Source: Bdellovibrionota bacterium
GTDB taxonomy: Bacteria > Bdellovibrionota_C > UBA2361 > JAAYZI01
Assembly (NCBI GenBank): GCA_050950765.1
Contig: JBMNIF010000002.1
Coordinates: 1,120,001-1,184,000 of the forward strand
Direction: 5' to 3'
DNA: 64,000 nucleotides
A program made the position numbers and the translations under genes. The notes under the pieces are model-generated. The model was not told where the DNA came from, did not search any database, and saw only the letters and a program-made list of their open reading frames with translations. Position 1 is the first letter of the stretch, and every line of letters begins with the position of its first letter. Shown here in pieces: positions 48,699 to 60,974 of this stretch.

Positions 48699-49844
48699 AT
48701 GAAAGTTGCGTTAGTTCACGATTGGATTACGGGGATGCGGGGCGGAGAAAAGTGTTTGCAAGATTTCTTGACACTCTATCCGGATGCTGATGTCTACACC
48801 CTTTTACATAAAAGAGGGGTAACAACACCGCAAATCGATGCGCGAGTTGTGCAAACTTCAATTTTGCAAAATATTCCTAGCGCTGAAAGGTATTATAAAG
48901 CGCTTTTGCCGTTTTATCCTATGGCTGCAAAGAGCCTTAAGATTAAGGGTTACGATCTGGTGGTGTCGTTAAGTCATGCTGCGGCTAAAAATATCTCCCT
49001 CGAAGATAATGCCTTTCATATCTCATACTGTTTCACTCCGATGCGCTATATCTGGGATCAGGCACCGCAATATTTTGGGCGATCACTCCCTTTGGCTTGG
49101 CCATTGATAAAGGGGCTACGCGCTTGGGATGTTGAGGGTAGTAAAAGAGTCACTGCTTTTGTTGGGATTAGTAGCTTTGTGGCAGCTAGAATTCGTTGCT
49201 TTTACGGACGGAAAAGTGATGTGATCTATCCTGCTGTCGATACAGCATGGATAAAACCTGCGAAAAAAGGCACGCAAGGAGATTTCTTCTTATATGCTGG
49301 TGCAACGGTTCCGTATAAAAGGGTTGATTTAGTTATCGAAGCGTGTAATCGCTTGCAGTTGCCACTCTACATTGCAGCAGAAGAAAGCGCTGCTTTAAAA
49401 AAAATAGCAGGCTCTACCGTGAAGTTTGTCGGAAAACCTAGCAATGCGGAGTTGGCAGAGCTTTATCGGAGTTGTCGTGCACTGATTTTTCCAGGTAAAG
49501 AGGATTTCGGAATGGTGCCCGTAGAGTGCTTAAGCGCAGGTCGTCCTGTTATCGGACTTGGTAGTGGTGGTTTAAAAGAAACTATAAACGGGATAAAACA
49601 TTGGGAATGCAGTGGCATAAAGAGCGAAGAGGTTGCACAAAAGCACTTTAGCGGAGTATTTATTCAAGATCGTTATAAGAAAGAAGAAGAGATGTTGCAG
49701 GCGGTTATTGCTGCCGTCGCTTTTTTTAGAGACCATGAAGAAGCTTTTGACGTTGAAGATTGTGTGAAGCAGGCAAGGTGTTTTGCACCACAACGCTTTT
49801 TTTCATCATGGCAGGCTCTTCTGCAAAGGTGTAAATTGGGCTAA
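48699..49844 (+). CDS. Glycosyltransferase family 4
   Basis: VHDWITGMRGGE, YCFTPMRYIWD, EDFGMVPVE. Confidence 0.9.
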   Translation: MKVALVHDWITGMRGGEKCLQDFLTLYPDADVYTLLHKRGVTTPQIDARVVQTSILQNIPSAERYYKALLPFYPMAAKSLKIKGYDLVVSLSHAAAKNISLEDNAFHISYCFTPMRYIWDQAPQYFGRSLPLAWPLIKGLRAWDVEGSKRVTAFVGISSFVAARIRCFYGRKSDVIYPAVDTAWIKPAKKGTQGDFFLYAGATVPYKRVDLVIEACNRLQLPLYIAAEESAALKKIAGSTVKFVGKPSNAELAELYRSCRALIFPGKEDFGMVPVECLSAGRPVIGLGSGGLKETINGIKHWECSGIKSEEVAQKHFSGVFIQDRYKKEEEMLQAVIAAVAFFRDHEEAFDVEDCVKQARCFAPQRFFSSWQALLQRCKLG

Positions 49845-49886
49845 ACTTTTTAATCTGCTTGTTCTGTTTTGACTGCCGGAGATTAA

Positions 49887-51290
49887 ATGTTAAAGAAAAA
49901 GAGACAGCTATTTGAACTCCTTTTTATGGTGTCAGATCTTTTTGTGGTCTCTATCGCTTGGCTGGTAGCGTACTGGTTGCGATTCTTTGTTGACATCATC
50001 CCTGTGGAAAAAGGGGTGCCCGATGTGCAGCATTATTTAAATATGATTCTGTTCATCTGGCTTATCTGGGCTTTCGTCTTTAAGCGGATGGGGCTGTATA
50101 AGGCGATGCGTGGTGTCAGACGAATGCGAGAGATCTGGCTCCTCATCAATGCTAACGCCTTAGGTGTTTTATTACTGATCGCTGTAACGTACCTCTTTAG
50201 AGAAAAAAACGTACCGTTTTCACGTTTAGTATTCGTGTATTTTGTTATAACGGCAACGATCTTCACGATAGCGGAAAGGGTCATCTTGCGCTCTGTTTTA
50301 CGTGAAATTAGGCGACGTGGTTATAATCTTCGTTATATGTTGTTAGTGGGAGCAGGTCAGGTGGCAGGTGATATCGCTTCTCGTATTCGGCTAAATAGCG
50401 ACTTAGGGATACAGTTGATAGGGTGTTTATCAAAGTCAGGAACTGAAGAGAAGGGACCGCGCGGGCTGCCCATCATAGGAAGTTATCGAGATTTAGAACA
50501 GATTATGTTGAAGATGGATGTTGATCAGGTGGTTGTAGCGTTGCCACTTGAAGATAATATTTATCTTTCTGATATCATGGATACAACAAGACAATTTTTG
50601 GCGGATGTAAAGATTGTACCGGATCTTTATAAATTTGTTAGTTTGGGTGGTTCAATTGAAGAGTTTGAGGGATTGCCGATTATTAGTGTGCAAGAATCAC
50701 CGTTAGAAGGTTTCAATCTCCGCTTGAAACGTGCTTTTGATGTTGTGGTTGCGTCAGTGGCAACGATCGTTTTAGCTATCCCGATGTTGTTGATAGCGCT
50801 TCTGGTTAAGATTTCATCAAAGGGCCCCGTTTTGTATAAGCAGGAGCGGGTTAGTTATGATGGTACGCCTTTTAAAATTTATAAGTTCAGAACGATGCAT
50901 CTTGATGCTGAAAGTGAGGGACCAGGTTGGACAACAAAAAATGATGACCGCGTCACGTTTATCGGTAAAATATTACGCTCTACCAGTTTGGATGAGTTGC
51001 CGCAATTATTTAATGTCTTAAAAGGGGATATGTCGTTGGTAGGCCCCCGTCCAGAACGCCCCATTTTTATTAAAGAGTTCAGAGAAAAGATACCACGTTA
51101 TTATTTACGGCATAAGGTGCCAGCGGGGATGACCGGTTGGGCACAGGTTAATGGTTGGCGTGGGGATACTTCTATTGATAAACGCATTGAGTTTGATCTT
51201 TATTATGTTGAAAACTGGACATTATGGCTGGACTTAAAGATACTTATCCTGACACTCTTTAGAGGTTTTAAGAATAGTAACGCTTATTGA
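49887..51290 (+). CDS. Undecaprenyl-phosphate glucose phosphotransferase (WcaJ-like priming transferase)
   Basis: Four N-terminal TMs, KRAFD, KFRTM, SLDELPQL.NVLKGDMSLVGPRPE, GMTGWAQV. Confidence 0.93.
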   Translation: MLKKKRQLFELLFMVSDLFVVSIAWLVAYWLRFFVDIIPVEKGVPDVQHYLNMILFIWLIWAFVFKRMGLYKAMRGVRRMREIWLLINANALGVLLLIAVTYLFREKNVPFSRLVFVYFVITATIFTIAERVILRSVLREIRRRGYNLRYMLLVGAGQVAGDIASRIRLNSDLGIQLIGCLSKSGTEEKGPRGLPIIGSYRDLEQIMLKMDVDQVVVALPLEDNIYLSDIMDTTRQFLADVKIVPDLYKFVSLGGSIEEFEGLPIISVQESPLEGFNLRLKRAFDVVVASVATIVLAIPMLLIALLVKISSKGPVLYKQERVSYDGTPFKIYKFRTMHLDAESEGPGWTTKNDDRVTFIGKILRSTSLDELPQLFNVLKGDMSLVGPRPERPIFIKEFREKIPRYYLRHKVPAGMTGWAQVNGWRGDTSIDKRIEFDLYYVENWTLWLDLKILILTLFRGFKNSNAY

Positions 51291-51308
51291 TGTGGAGATT
51301 GTTTTATT

Positions 51309-52631
51309 ATGGAAGTTGCGATTATTGGTAGCGGTTATGTTGGGCTTGTAGCAGGGGCTTGCTTTGCAGATGCTGGTAATGACGTTATCTGTGTAGATAT
51401 TGATGAGAAAAAGATTGAAAAGCTAAAAAAAGGCGAATCGCCGATCTACGAACCAGGTTTGGAAGATTTTTTACGTCGGAATATCAAGGAAAAAAGGCTA
51501 TCCTTTACCACTTCAATTAAAGATGGTGTTGAGCGTTCTAAGGTGATCTTTATCGCAGTTGGTACGCCACAAGATGAAGATGGTTCGGCTGATCTGACGC
51601 ACGTTTTAGATGTTGCTACTGAGATCGGTCGTTATATTAACGGTTATAAAGTTGTTGTTGATAAGTCGACGGTTCCTGTGGGTACTGCTAAAGCAGTAAA
51701 GGCGAAGATCGCAGAGATGACAGATCATGAATTTGATGTGGTGAGTAATCCCGAGTTTCTGAAGGAGGGAGCTGCGCTGGATGACTTTTTAAAGCCGGAT
51801 CGAGTTGTGATCGGGGTCTCAAGTGAAAAAGCTGAAAAGATTATGCGTGAATTGTATGCGCCGTTTGTTCGCACAAATAATCCGATCTTAGTGATGGATG
51901 TGCCCTCTGCAGAGATGACGAAGTATACTGCCAATGCCATGTTAGCTACACGCATCTCGTTTATGAATGAGATCTCCAATCTCTGTGAAAAAGTTGGGGC
52001 TAACGTTGATTCTGTCAGAGTTGGTATCGGGACTGATTCTAGAATTGGGATGAGCTTTCTCTTTCCAGGAATCGGATATGGTGGGTCTTGTTTTCCGAAA
52101 GATGTGCAAGCTTTGATTAAAACAGCAAAAGATCACGCTTGTGATCTTAGGATCGCACGAGCTGTTGAGGAAACAAATGCAACGCAAAAACGGTTAATAG
52201 TTGATAAAATTGTTAAACATTACGGGAGTGAAAATTTAAGTGGTAAGAAGTTTGCAGTTTGGGGGCTTGCTTTTAAACCGAGGACTGATGATGTCAGAGA
52301 GGCTCCAGCTTTGACGGTTTGCAGACTTTTAATCGGATTAGGAGCACATCTATCAGTTTTTGATCCAGAAGCGATGCAAACATTTCGCACCCGTTTCGGT
52401 GACCATGAGATGCTGACTTATGCTGAAACTAATTACGATACTTTGAAAGATGCAGATGCGTTGATCATATGTACAGAGTGGAGTGCTTTTAGAGCACCCG
52501 CTTTTGATCGCATGAAAGCTTTAATGAAAGCGCCTTTAATCTTTGACGGACGTAATGTTTTTTCACTTGAGAGTATGCGAGGTCAAGGTTTTACATATTA
52601 TTCACTTGGGCGTGAAGTGATTAGAGCTTAA
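51309..52631 (+). CDS. ugd: UDP-glucose 6-dehydrogenase
   Basis: GSGYVGL, VGTP, KSTVPVG, NPEFLKEG, GYGGSCFPKD, AFKP.TDD.RE, DGRN. Confidence 0.95.
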   Translation: MEVAIIGSGYVGLVAGACFADAGNDVICVDIDEKKIEKLKKGESPIYEPGLEDFLRRNIKEKRLSFTTSIKDGVERSKVIFIAVGTPQDEDGSADLTHVLDVATEIGRYINGYKVVVDKSTVPVGTAKAVKAKIAEMTDHEFDVVSNPEFLKEGAALDDFLKPDRVVIGVSSEKAEKIMRELYAPFVRTNNPILVMDVPSAEMTKYTANAMLATRISFMNEISNLCEKVGANVDSVRVGIGTDSRIGMSFLFPGIGYGGSCFPKDVQALIKTAKDHACDLRIARAVEETNATQKRLIVDKIVKHYGSENLSGKKFAVWGLAFKPRTDDVREAPALTVCRLLIGLGAHLSVFDPEAMQTFRTRFGDHEMLTYAETNYDTLKDADALIICTEWSAFRAPAFDRMKALMKAPLIFDGRNVFSLESMRGQGFTYYSLGREVIRA

Positions 52632-53770
52632 TGCAGAAGTTTAGTGTGAGTTTAGTGTGTAACTAAAAGATTGTAAGAAGAAAGATTGTGGGGTTTGATT
52701 TTTTAGGTAGGGGTTTCGGAGAGTGTAAGATATTTCGGTGATGTTGACTTATGCTGAAACTAACTATGATACTTTGAAAGATGCAGATGTCTTATATGTG
52801 CAGTGATGTGTGCGGATATGTACAGAGTGGAGTGCTTTTAGAGAGTTTACCTTTGATGACATGAAACCTTTAATGAAAGCGCCTTTAATCTTCAATGGAC
52901 GGAGTGTTTTTTACTTGAGAGTAGGCGTGAGGTAGGGTTTTACATATTATTCACTTGGGCGTGAAGTGATTAGAGCTTAATGCGGAAGTTTAGTGTGAGT
53001 TTAGTGTGTAACTAAAAGATTGTAAGAAGAAAGATTGTGGAGTTTGATTTTTTAGGTAGGGGAGTTCGGAGAGTGTAAGATCTTTCGATGATGTTGACTT
53101 ATGCTGAAACTAACTACGATACTTTGAAAGATGCAGATGTATTATATGTGCAGTGCAGTGATGTGTGCGGATATGTACAGAGTGGAGTGCTTTTAGAGAG
53201 TTTACCTTTGATGGCATGAAACCTTTAATGAAAACGCCTTTAATCTTCAATGAACGGAGTGTTTTTTACTTGAGAGTAGGCGTGAGGTAGGGTTTTACAT
53301 ATTATTCACTTGGGCGTGAAGTGATTAGAGCTTAATGCGGAAGTTTAGTGTGAGTTTAGTGTGTAACTAAAAGATTGTAAGAAGAAAGATTGTGGAGTTT
53401 GATTTTTTAGGTAGGGGAGTTCGGAGAGTGTAAGATCTTTCGATGATGTTGACTTATGCTGAAACTAACTACGATACTTTGAAAGATGCAGATGTATTAT
53501 ATGTGCAGTGCAGTGATGTGTGCGGATATGTACAGAGTGGAGTGCTTTTAGAGAGTTTACCTTTGATGGCATGAAACCTTTAATGAAAACGCCTTTAATC
53601 TTCAATGAACGGAGTGTTTTTTACTTGAGAGTAGGCGTGAGGTAGGGTTTTACATATTATTCACTTGGGCGTGAAGTGATTAGAGCTTAATGCGGAAGTT
53701 TAGTGTGAGTTTAGTGTGTAACTAAAAGATTGTAAGAAGAAAGATTGTGGGGTTTGATTTTTTAGGTAGG
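52408..53770 (+). repeat. ~350-bp tandem repeat holding three degenerate copies of the ugd 3' end
   Basis: ttagagcttaatgc at 52621, 52970, 53325 and 53680; the copies carry indels. Confidence 0.95.
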
Positions 53771-53781
53771 TAATAACAAAA

Positions 53782-55100
<1,319 letters not shown>

Positions 55101-55884
55101 ATATCAGATCTTCAGAGACTCAGGAGTTATTGCAGAGCTTGGAGCCGGAGGTAGTGATTCATGCGGCGGCGCAGATCTCTGTTACGCGTAGTATGCGTGA
55201 ACCTGTTTTTGATATCAGTGTTAATCTATGTGGATTGTTGAATATCCTTTCAGCTTTTGCAGGGGGGGCGCTACCATTTTTTACCTTTATCTCAACAGGT
55301 GGTGCTATCTACGGAGAGCAGCAAGTGTTTCCGGCAACGGAGTCGCATCCGAACTTGCCGACCAGTGTTTATGGACTTTCAAAGAGGTCTTCTGAGATGT
55401 ATCTGGATCTGTGGGCACGGCAATTTGGGTTAAAGTATGGTGTTTTAAGGTTGTCGAATGTGTATGGGCCACGTCAAGATCCGCATGGTGAAGCTGGGGT
55501 GGTGGCGATCTTTTCGCAGCTGCTCCTTGAGGGGAAGTCCGTAACGATCTTTGGTAGTGGTGAGCAGACTAGGGATTTTGTCTATGTTAAGGATGTAGCT
55601 AGGGCGGTGCGGGAAGTTTCTATGCGTAGGCAAACAGGGACGTATAATATAGGTACCGCTATTGAGACGAGTATAAACGATCTACTTAAAGAGTTCTGTT
55701 CTATTATGCAGTGTGATTTTAATCCGCATTATGTTCCGGCTAGAACGGGTGAACAACTTAGAAGTGTAATAGATCCGAGTTTGGCAAAAAAAACCTTCGG
55801 TTGGGTGCCGGAAAAAACTTTGCGTGATGGACTTGTTGAGACTCTCGAATGGTTTAAGGACGAGAATTAGTTTTTTTCAGATTT

Positions 55885-56830
55885 AAGCTGGACGGCAGGC
55901 TTTGTCACTGGTGGTCGGTTTTGGTGCCACCCTTTAGTTTTGGTAGATTTGGCATTTTTAGCTGGTTTGTCACTGGTGCCACCCTTCAGTTTGGGCAGAT
56001 CTGGCAGATTTGGCTGGGCTTGGCTTTGGTGCCACCCTTCATCAGTGGGTCATTTGGGCAGTTGTCACTGGTGCCACCCTTCAGGATCGCTACTTTGGGT
56101 TGAGATCTGGCTGTCGGCATTTGGTGCCACCCTTCAATTTTGGTGGTTGGTCGGCTTTGGCTGGTCGGATTTGGTGGTCGGATCTGGTGCCACCCTTTAG
56201 GATCGCTGCTTTGGGTTGAGATCTGGCTGTCGGCATTTGGTGCCACCCTCCAATTTTGGTGGTTGGTCGGCTTTGGCTGGTCGGATTTGGTGGTCGGATC
56301 TGGTGCCACCCTTTAGGATCGCTGCTTTGGGTTGAGATCTGGCTGTCGGCATTTGGTGCCACCCTCCAGTTTGGGGCTAGATCTGGCGGCAGGCTTTGGT
56401 GCCACCCTTCATCAGTGGGTCATTTGGGCAGTTGTCACTGGCTGGCTAGATCTGGTGCCACCCTTCAGGATCGCTGCTTTGGGTTGAGATCTGGCTGTCG
56501 GCATTTGGTGCCACCCTTCAATTTTGGTGGTTGGTCGGCTTTGGCTGGTCGGATTTGGTGGTCGGATCTGGTGCCACCCTCCAGTTTGGGCGAATTTGGC
56601 AGCTTTTGGACGGCAGGCTTTGGTGCCACCCTTTAGCTTTACTCTAAGTAAGGCTTCCTGATATGGTCATGAGCAGGTGTCATCCATTAGCGCCGAGTGC
56701 TTTGCAATCAAGGTGTTTTAACTTTAAATTAGTAATAATTAAATAATATTAAGGTACTAACAAAAGCTTAAAATTTAGTTAAAAGTGGGTGTCCTAAAGA
56801 GAAGAAAGTATCTACACTCGAAAGTCAGGA
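55885..56830 (+). repeat. GGTG(G/C)CACC-core repeat cluster, 14 copies plus an AT-rich end module
   Basis: TGGTGCCACCC from 55922 to 56621, spaced ~42-63 nt. Confidence 0.95.
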
Positions 56831-56962
56831 GAAATAGTTTTTTTTGTTAAGTGAATGTGTTCTTCAAAAGAGCTGTTCGGCGAGATGGTGCTAAAAATCT
56901 GGAAGGTGAGTCTTTTTATGATTTTAAGGTGTTTTATGATTTTAAAGGTGGCAGTTTAAGTT

Positions 56963-58762
56963 GTGACAACAGATTTAATAAGAAATTTCAGTATTATCGC
57001 ACATATTGATCATGGAAAATCTACTTTAGCCGATCGTATCCTTGAGTTTACAGGTGCTTTGCAAAAACGGGAGATGCAGGTGCAATTTTTGGATCGCTTA
57101 GATTTGGAAAGAGAGCGAGGTATTACGATTAAAGCCCAAACCGTACGTTTAGAATATAAGGCAAAGGATGGAAAAACATATCAATTAAATCTGATCGATA
57201 CTCCAGGACATGTTGATTTTCATTATGAAGTTTCAAGGAGTTTAGCTGCTTGTGAAGGAGCGCTACTCGTGGTTGATGCTGCACAAGGGGTAGAGGCGCA
57301 GACTTTAGCAAATGTATATGTTGCCCTTGAAAATGATCTAGAAATTGTACCTGTCTTAAATAAAGTGGATCTGCCCAGTGCTAATGTTGACGGGGTAAAA
57401 GAAGAGATTGAAAGTATTATCGGGCTTGACGCAGAGCAAGCGTTAATGGTTAGTGCCAAAACGGGGATTGGTATATCGGAGTTGTTAGAGGCGATAGTGC
57501 AGAGGATTCCACCTCCAACGCGTGGTGATTCTGAAGCGCCGTTACGTGCATTAGTGTATGACTCGTGGTTTGATTCATATCTGGGTGTTGTTGTACAGGT
57601 TAGAATCATTGATGGGGTTCTAAAGAAAGGACAAAAAATTCGCTTTATGAGCTCAGGTGTTGATTATGAAGTTTATAAAGTCGGAGTTTATAATCCTCAT
57701 CCACGAGATCTTGATCTTTTGGAAAGGGGAGAAGTCGGATATTTTGCTGCCTCAATTAAACGTTTAAGAGATGTTAAGATCGGAGATACTATTACCAATT
57801 CTGCCGATCCTGCTACGGAACCTCTGGCAGGTTTTAAAGAGATAAAACCGGCGGTTTTCGGTGGAATGTTTCCGACCGATTCCGATGATTATGAAAATCT
57901 ACGTATTGCGCTTGATAAATTGGCTTTAAACGATTCTTCTTTTTCATATGAACCTGAAAGCTCAGTTGCTCTCGGATTCGGTTTCAGGTGCGGTTTTTTA
58001 GGGCTTTTGCACATGGAGGTCGTGCAAGAGAGGTTGGAACGTGAATTTGAACTGGATCTTATCACGACAGCGCCATCAGTTTGCTATAAAGCTGTCTTAG
58101 CAAGTGGTGCGGAAGTCTTTGTTGATAATCCGAGCAAGATGCCGGAAGGGGTGGCTTGGATTGAAGAGCCTTTTGTCTCTGTTACGATTCACGCTCCGCG
58201 AGAATATGTCGGTAATATTTTAAAGTTGTGTGAGGATAAGCGGGGGATGCAAACTTCACTTGCCTTTCACGGAATGAATCGGGCGGTGATAAATTATGAG
58301 ATGCCGTTAAGTGAGATTCTTCTAGATTTTCATGATAAGTTAAAGAGTAGGACTAGAGGGTATGCTTCTTTCGACTATGAGCAGATCGGATATAGGAGGT
58401 CGGATCTGGTTAAGCTTGATATTAAACTTAATGGAGAAGCTGTTGATGCTTTAAGTATTATAGTGCATAAAGACCAAGCTTATTATAAAGGGCGCGATCT
58501 TACGGTTAAACTAAAGGAATTGATTGATCGGCAGATGTTTGAAGTTGCGATTCAAGCGACTATTGGGAATAAGGTAATTGCAAGAACTACTGTCAAAGCT
58601 CTCAGAAAAAATGTGACAGCTAAGTGCTATGGTGGTGATATTTCACGTAAGAGGAAACTCCTTGAAAAACAGAAGCAAGGTAAGAAGCGGATGAAGCAAG
58701 TTGGAAGCGTAGAAATTTCGCAAGAAGCGTTTTTAGCTGTTTTGAAGTTAGATGAAAATTAA
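56963..58762 (+). CDS. lepA: Translation elongation factor 4
   Basis: [45 protein letters not shown]. Confidence 0.98.
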   Translation: MTTDLIRNFSIIAHIDHGKSTLADRILEFTGALQKREMQVQFLDRLDLERERGITIKAQTVRLEYKAKDGKTYQLNLIDTPGHVDFHYEVSRSLAACEGALLVVDAAQGVEAQTLANVYVALENDLEIVPVLNKVDLPSANVDGVKEEIESIIGLDAEQALMVSAKTGIGISELLEAIVQRIPPPTRGDSEAPLRALVYDSWFDSYLGVVVQVRIIDGVLKKGQKIRFMSSGVDYEVYKVGVYNPHPRDLDLLERGEVGYFAASIKRLRDVKIGDTITNSADPATEPLAGFKEIKPAVFGGMFPTDSDDYENLRIALDKLALNDSSFSYEPESSVALGFGFRCGFLGLLHMEVVQERLEREFELDLITTAPSVCYKAVLASGAEVFVDNPSKMPEGVAWIEEPFVSVTIHAPREYVGNILKLCEDKRGMQTSLAFHGMNRAVINYEMPLSEILLDFHDKLKSRTRGYASFDYEQIGYRRSDLVKLDIKLNGEAVDALSIIVHKDQAYYKGRDLTVKLKELIDRQMFEVAIQATIGNKVIARTTVKALRKNVTAKCYGGDISRKRKLLEKQKQGKKRMKQVGSVEISQEAFLAVLKLDEN

Positions 58763-58764
58763 GT

Positions 58765-59426
58765 TGGTGCCACCCATTAGTTGGATGAGATTTGTCGATT
58801 TTAGCTGCTTTGTGGTTGGTGCCACCCACCAGTCACCCTTTAGGATTGCTGCTTTGGGTTGAGATCTGGCTGTCGGCATTTGGTGCCACCCTTCAATTTT
58901 GGTAGATTTTGCAGTTTTGTCTGGCTTTGTCATTGGTGCCACCCTTTAGGGACAGCAGGACGGGCTGATACTGAAAAGCGGGGTCGGCTAGATCTTGAGG
59001 GGGGTTAAGAAACTGGTGCCACCCTTTAGGATTGCTGCTTTGGGTTGAGATCTGGCTGTCGGCACGGCATTTGGTGCCACCCACCAGTAAAACGGGATCT
59101 GGCAGGGCGAATTTGGTGCCACCCTTCAGGAGCTAGATCTCAACGGGGGTTAAAAAACTGGGTGTCCTAATTGGCAGCGGTGGCTTTTGGATCTGGTGCC
59201 ACCCTTTAGGGACAATTGGACGGGCTGATACTGCAGAACGGATTGGCTAGGTCTATACGGGGGTTAAAAAACTGGTGCCACCCTTCTTTGTTGAGTGTTT
59301 TGTAATTAAGATATTTGAACTTTAAAATATAATAAATTTAATAATATCAAGATACTGGCGTGATACTTTAAATTTAGTTAAAAGTGAGTGTTCTAAAAAG
59401 AAGAAAATAACTACACTTAGAAGTTA
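58765..59426 (+). repeat. GGTG(G/C)CACC-core repeat cluster, 9 copies plus an AT-rich end module
   Basis: TGGTGCCACCC from 58765 (2 nt after the lepA stop) to 59273. Confidence 0.93.
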
Positions 59427-59465
59427 GAAGCTTTTCTGGCTGCTTTGAAATTGGATGAAAATTAA
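59427..59465 (+). repeat. Diverged copy of the last 39 nt of lepA
   Basis: Reads EAFLAALKLDEN* versus lep[13 protein letters not shown] (58724-58762). Confidence 0.85.
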
Positions 59466-59615
59466 AAAGAAAATTAAATATTAAGATTAAATATATAGTA
59501 AGGTGATAACGCCTGCTTTGCAGCTGTTAGGGATCATTGATTTGCTATCGCTTAAGAGGTGTTATAGGTTGAGTGAGTTTGTGTTTTGTCTGCTAAAAAG
59601 GGAGGCGTTTAATTT

Positions 59616-60911
59616 ATGATTCCTCGTTATTCAAGTCCTGATATGGACGCTATTTGGAGTGATGAAAATAAGTTTAAGATCTGGCTTGAAGTTGAAACTT
59701 TAGCCTTGGAGCAGATGGTGGAAGAGGGGAAAGCGCCTAAAGAAGCCATTTTAGCGGTTAAGGAAAAAGCTGCTTACGATCCGCAACATATTGCTGAGAT
59801 TGAAGATGAAGTTAAGCACGATGTGATCGCTTTTTTAACAAATGTTGCTGAGCATGTTGGTCCGTATTCTCGTTATCTGCACCGTGGTATGACCTCTAGC
59901 GATCTGCTTGATACCTCTTTTGCTGTGCAGCTCTGTGCAGCTTCTGATCTTTTGCAACGGAGAATTACACACCTTTTAGAGGTCTTGGAAGAAAAAGCAC
60001 AAACGTATCGTCACACCCCCTGTATCGGACGTAGTCACGGCATTCATGCCGAACCTACATCGTTTGGATTAAAAATTATCGGCTGGTATGCTGAAATGAA
60101 ACGGCATCAACGGAGGTTGCAGCAGGCGCGAGAGGAGATTGCAGTTGGTAAAATAGCGGGTGCCGTTGGGACCTATGCTTCTATAACTCCCACTGTTGAA
60201 GCACACGTTATGAAGGCGTTAGGGCTTAAACCGGAAACGGTTGCTACTCAGATTGTACAACGTGACAGGCATGCTGTTTTCTTTTCAACGTTAGCGCAGA
60301 TCGCTACTTCAATAGAGAAGTTTTCTGTCGAGATTCGCCATTTGCAACGTTCGGAAGTGCGTGAAGCTGAAGAATTCTTCTCTAAAAAACAGAAAGGCTC
60401 TTCTGCTATGCCGCATAAACGCAACCCGATCTTGAGTGAAAACCTCTCTGGTTTAGCTAGGTTAGTGCGTGGTTATGCCTTGCCTGCCTTCGAAAATGTT
60501 GCGCTTTGGCATGAACGAGATATTAGTCACAGCTCTGTCGAGCGTGTAATTGCGCCTGATGCTACGGTTGTTCTTGATTTTATGTTGCAACGTTTTACAA
60601 AACTTGTGCAAGGCTTAGTGGTGTATCCAGATCGAATGCTTGAAAATTTAAAATCGAGTAATGGTGTGATCTTTTCAGGGGTTTTATTACTGGATTTAAC
60701 GGATAGGGGAATGTTGAGAGAAGATGCTTACCGTCTGGTACAGAAACACGCTTTAGCAGCATGGGAGGGGGGAGCAGATCTTTGCTCCCGTGTTTTACAA
60801 GATAAAGAGATTACAAGTTTAGTTTCTGAAGAGGATATAAAGGCGATTTTTAGTTTAGATCGTTACTTGGAGCATGTTGATTATATTTTTGAGAGAGCGC
60901 TGGCTTCATAG
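59616..60911 (+). CDS. purB: Adenylosuccinate lyase
   Basis: MIPRY, HDVIAF, GRSHGIHAEP, GSSAMPHKRNP, LWHERDISHSS. Confidence 0.97.
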   Translation: MIPRYSSPDMDAIWSDENKFKIWLEVETLALEQMVEEGKAPKEAILAVKEKAAYDPQHIAEIEDEVKHDVIAFLTNVAEHVGPYSRYLHRGMTSSDLLDTSFAVQLCAASDLLQRRITHLLEVLEEKAQTYRHTPCIGRSHGIHAEPTSFGLKIIGWYAEMKRHQRRLQQAREEIAVGKIAGAVGTYASITPTVEAHVMKALGLKPETVATQIVQRDRHAVFFSTLAQIATSIEKFSVEIRHLQRSEVREAEEFFSKKQKGSSAMPHKRNPILSENLSGLARLVRGYALPAFENVALWHERDISHSSVERVIAPDATVVLDFMLQRFTKLVQGLVVYPDRMLENLKSSNGVIFSGVLLLDLTDRGMLREDAYRLVQKHALAAWEGGADLCSRVLQDKEITSLVSEEDIKAIFSLDRYLEHVDYIFERALAS

Positions 60912-60974
60912 CTTTTTATGCTCTTAAAAATAAAGACATTTTAAGTTTATAATTCATAAAGCGAGAATAATATA

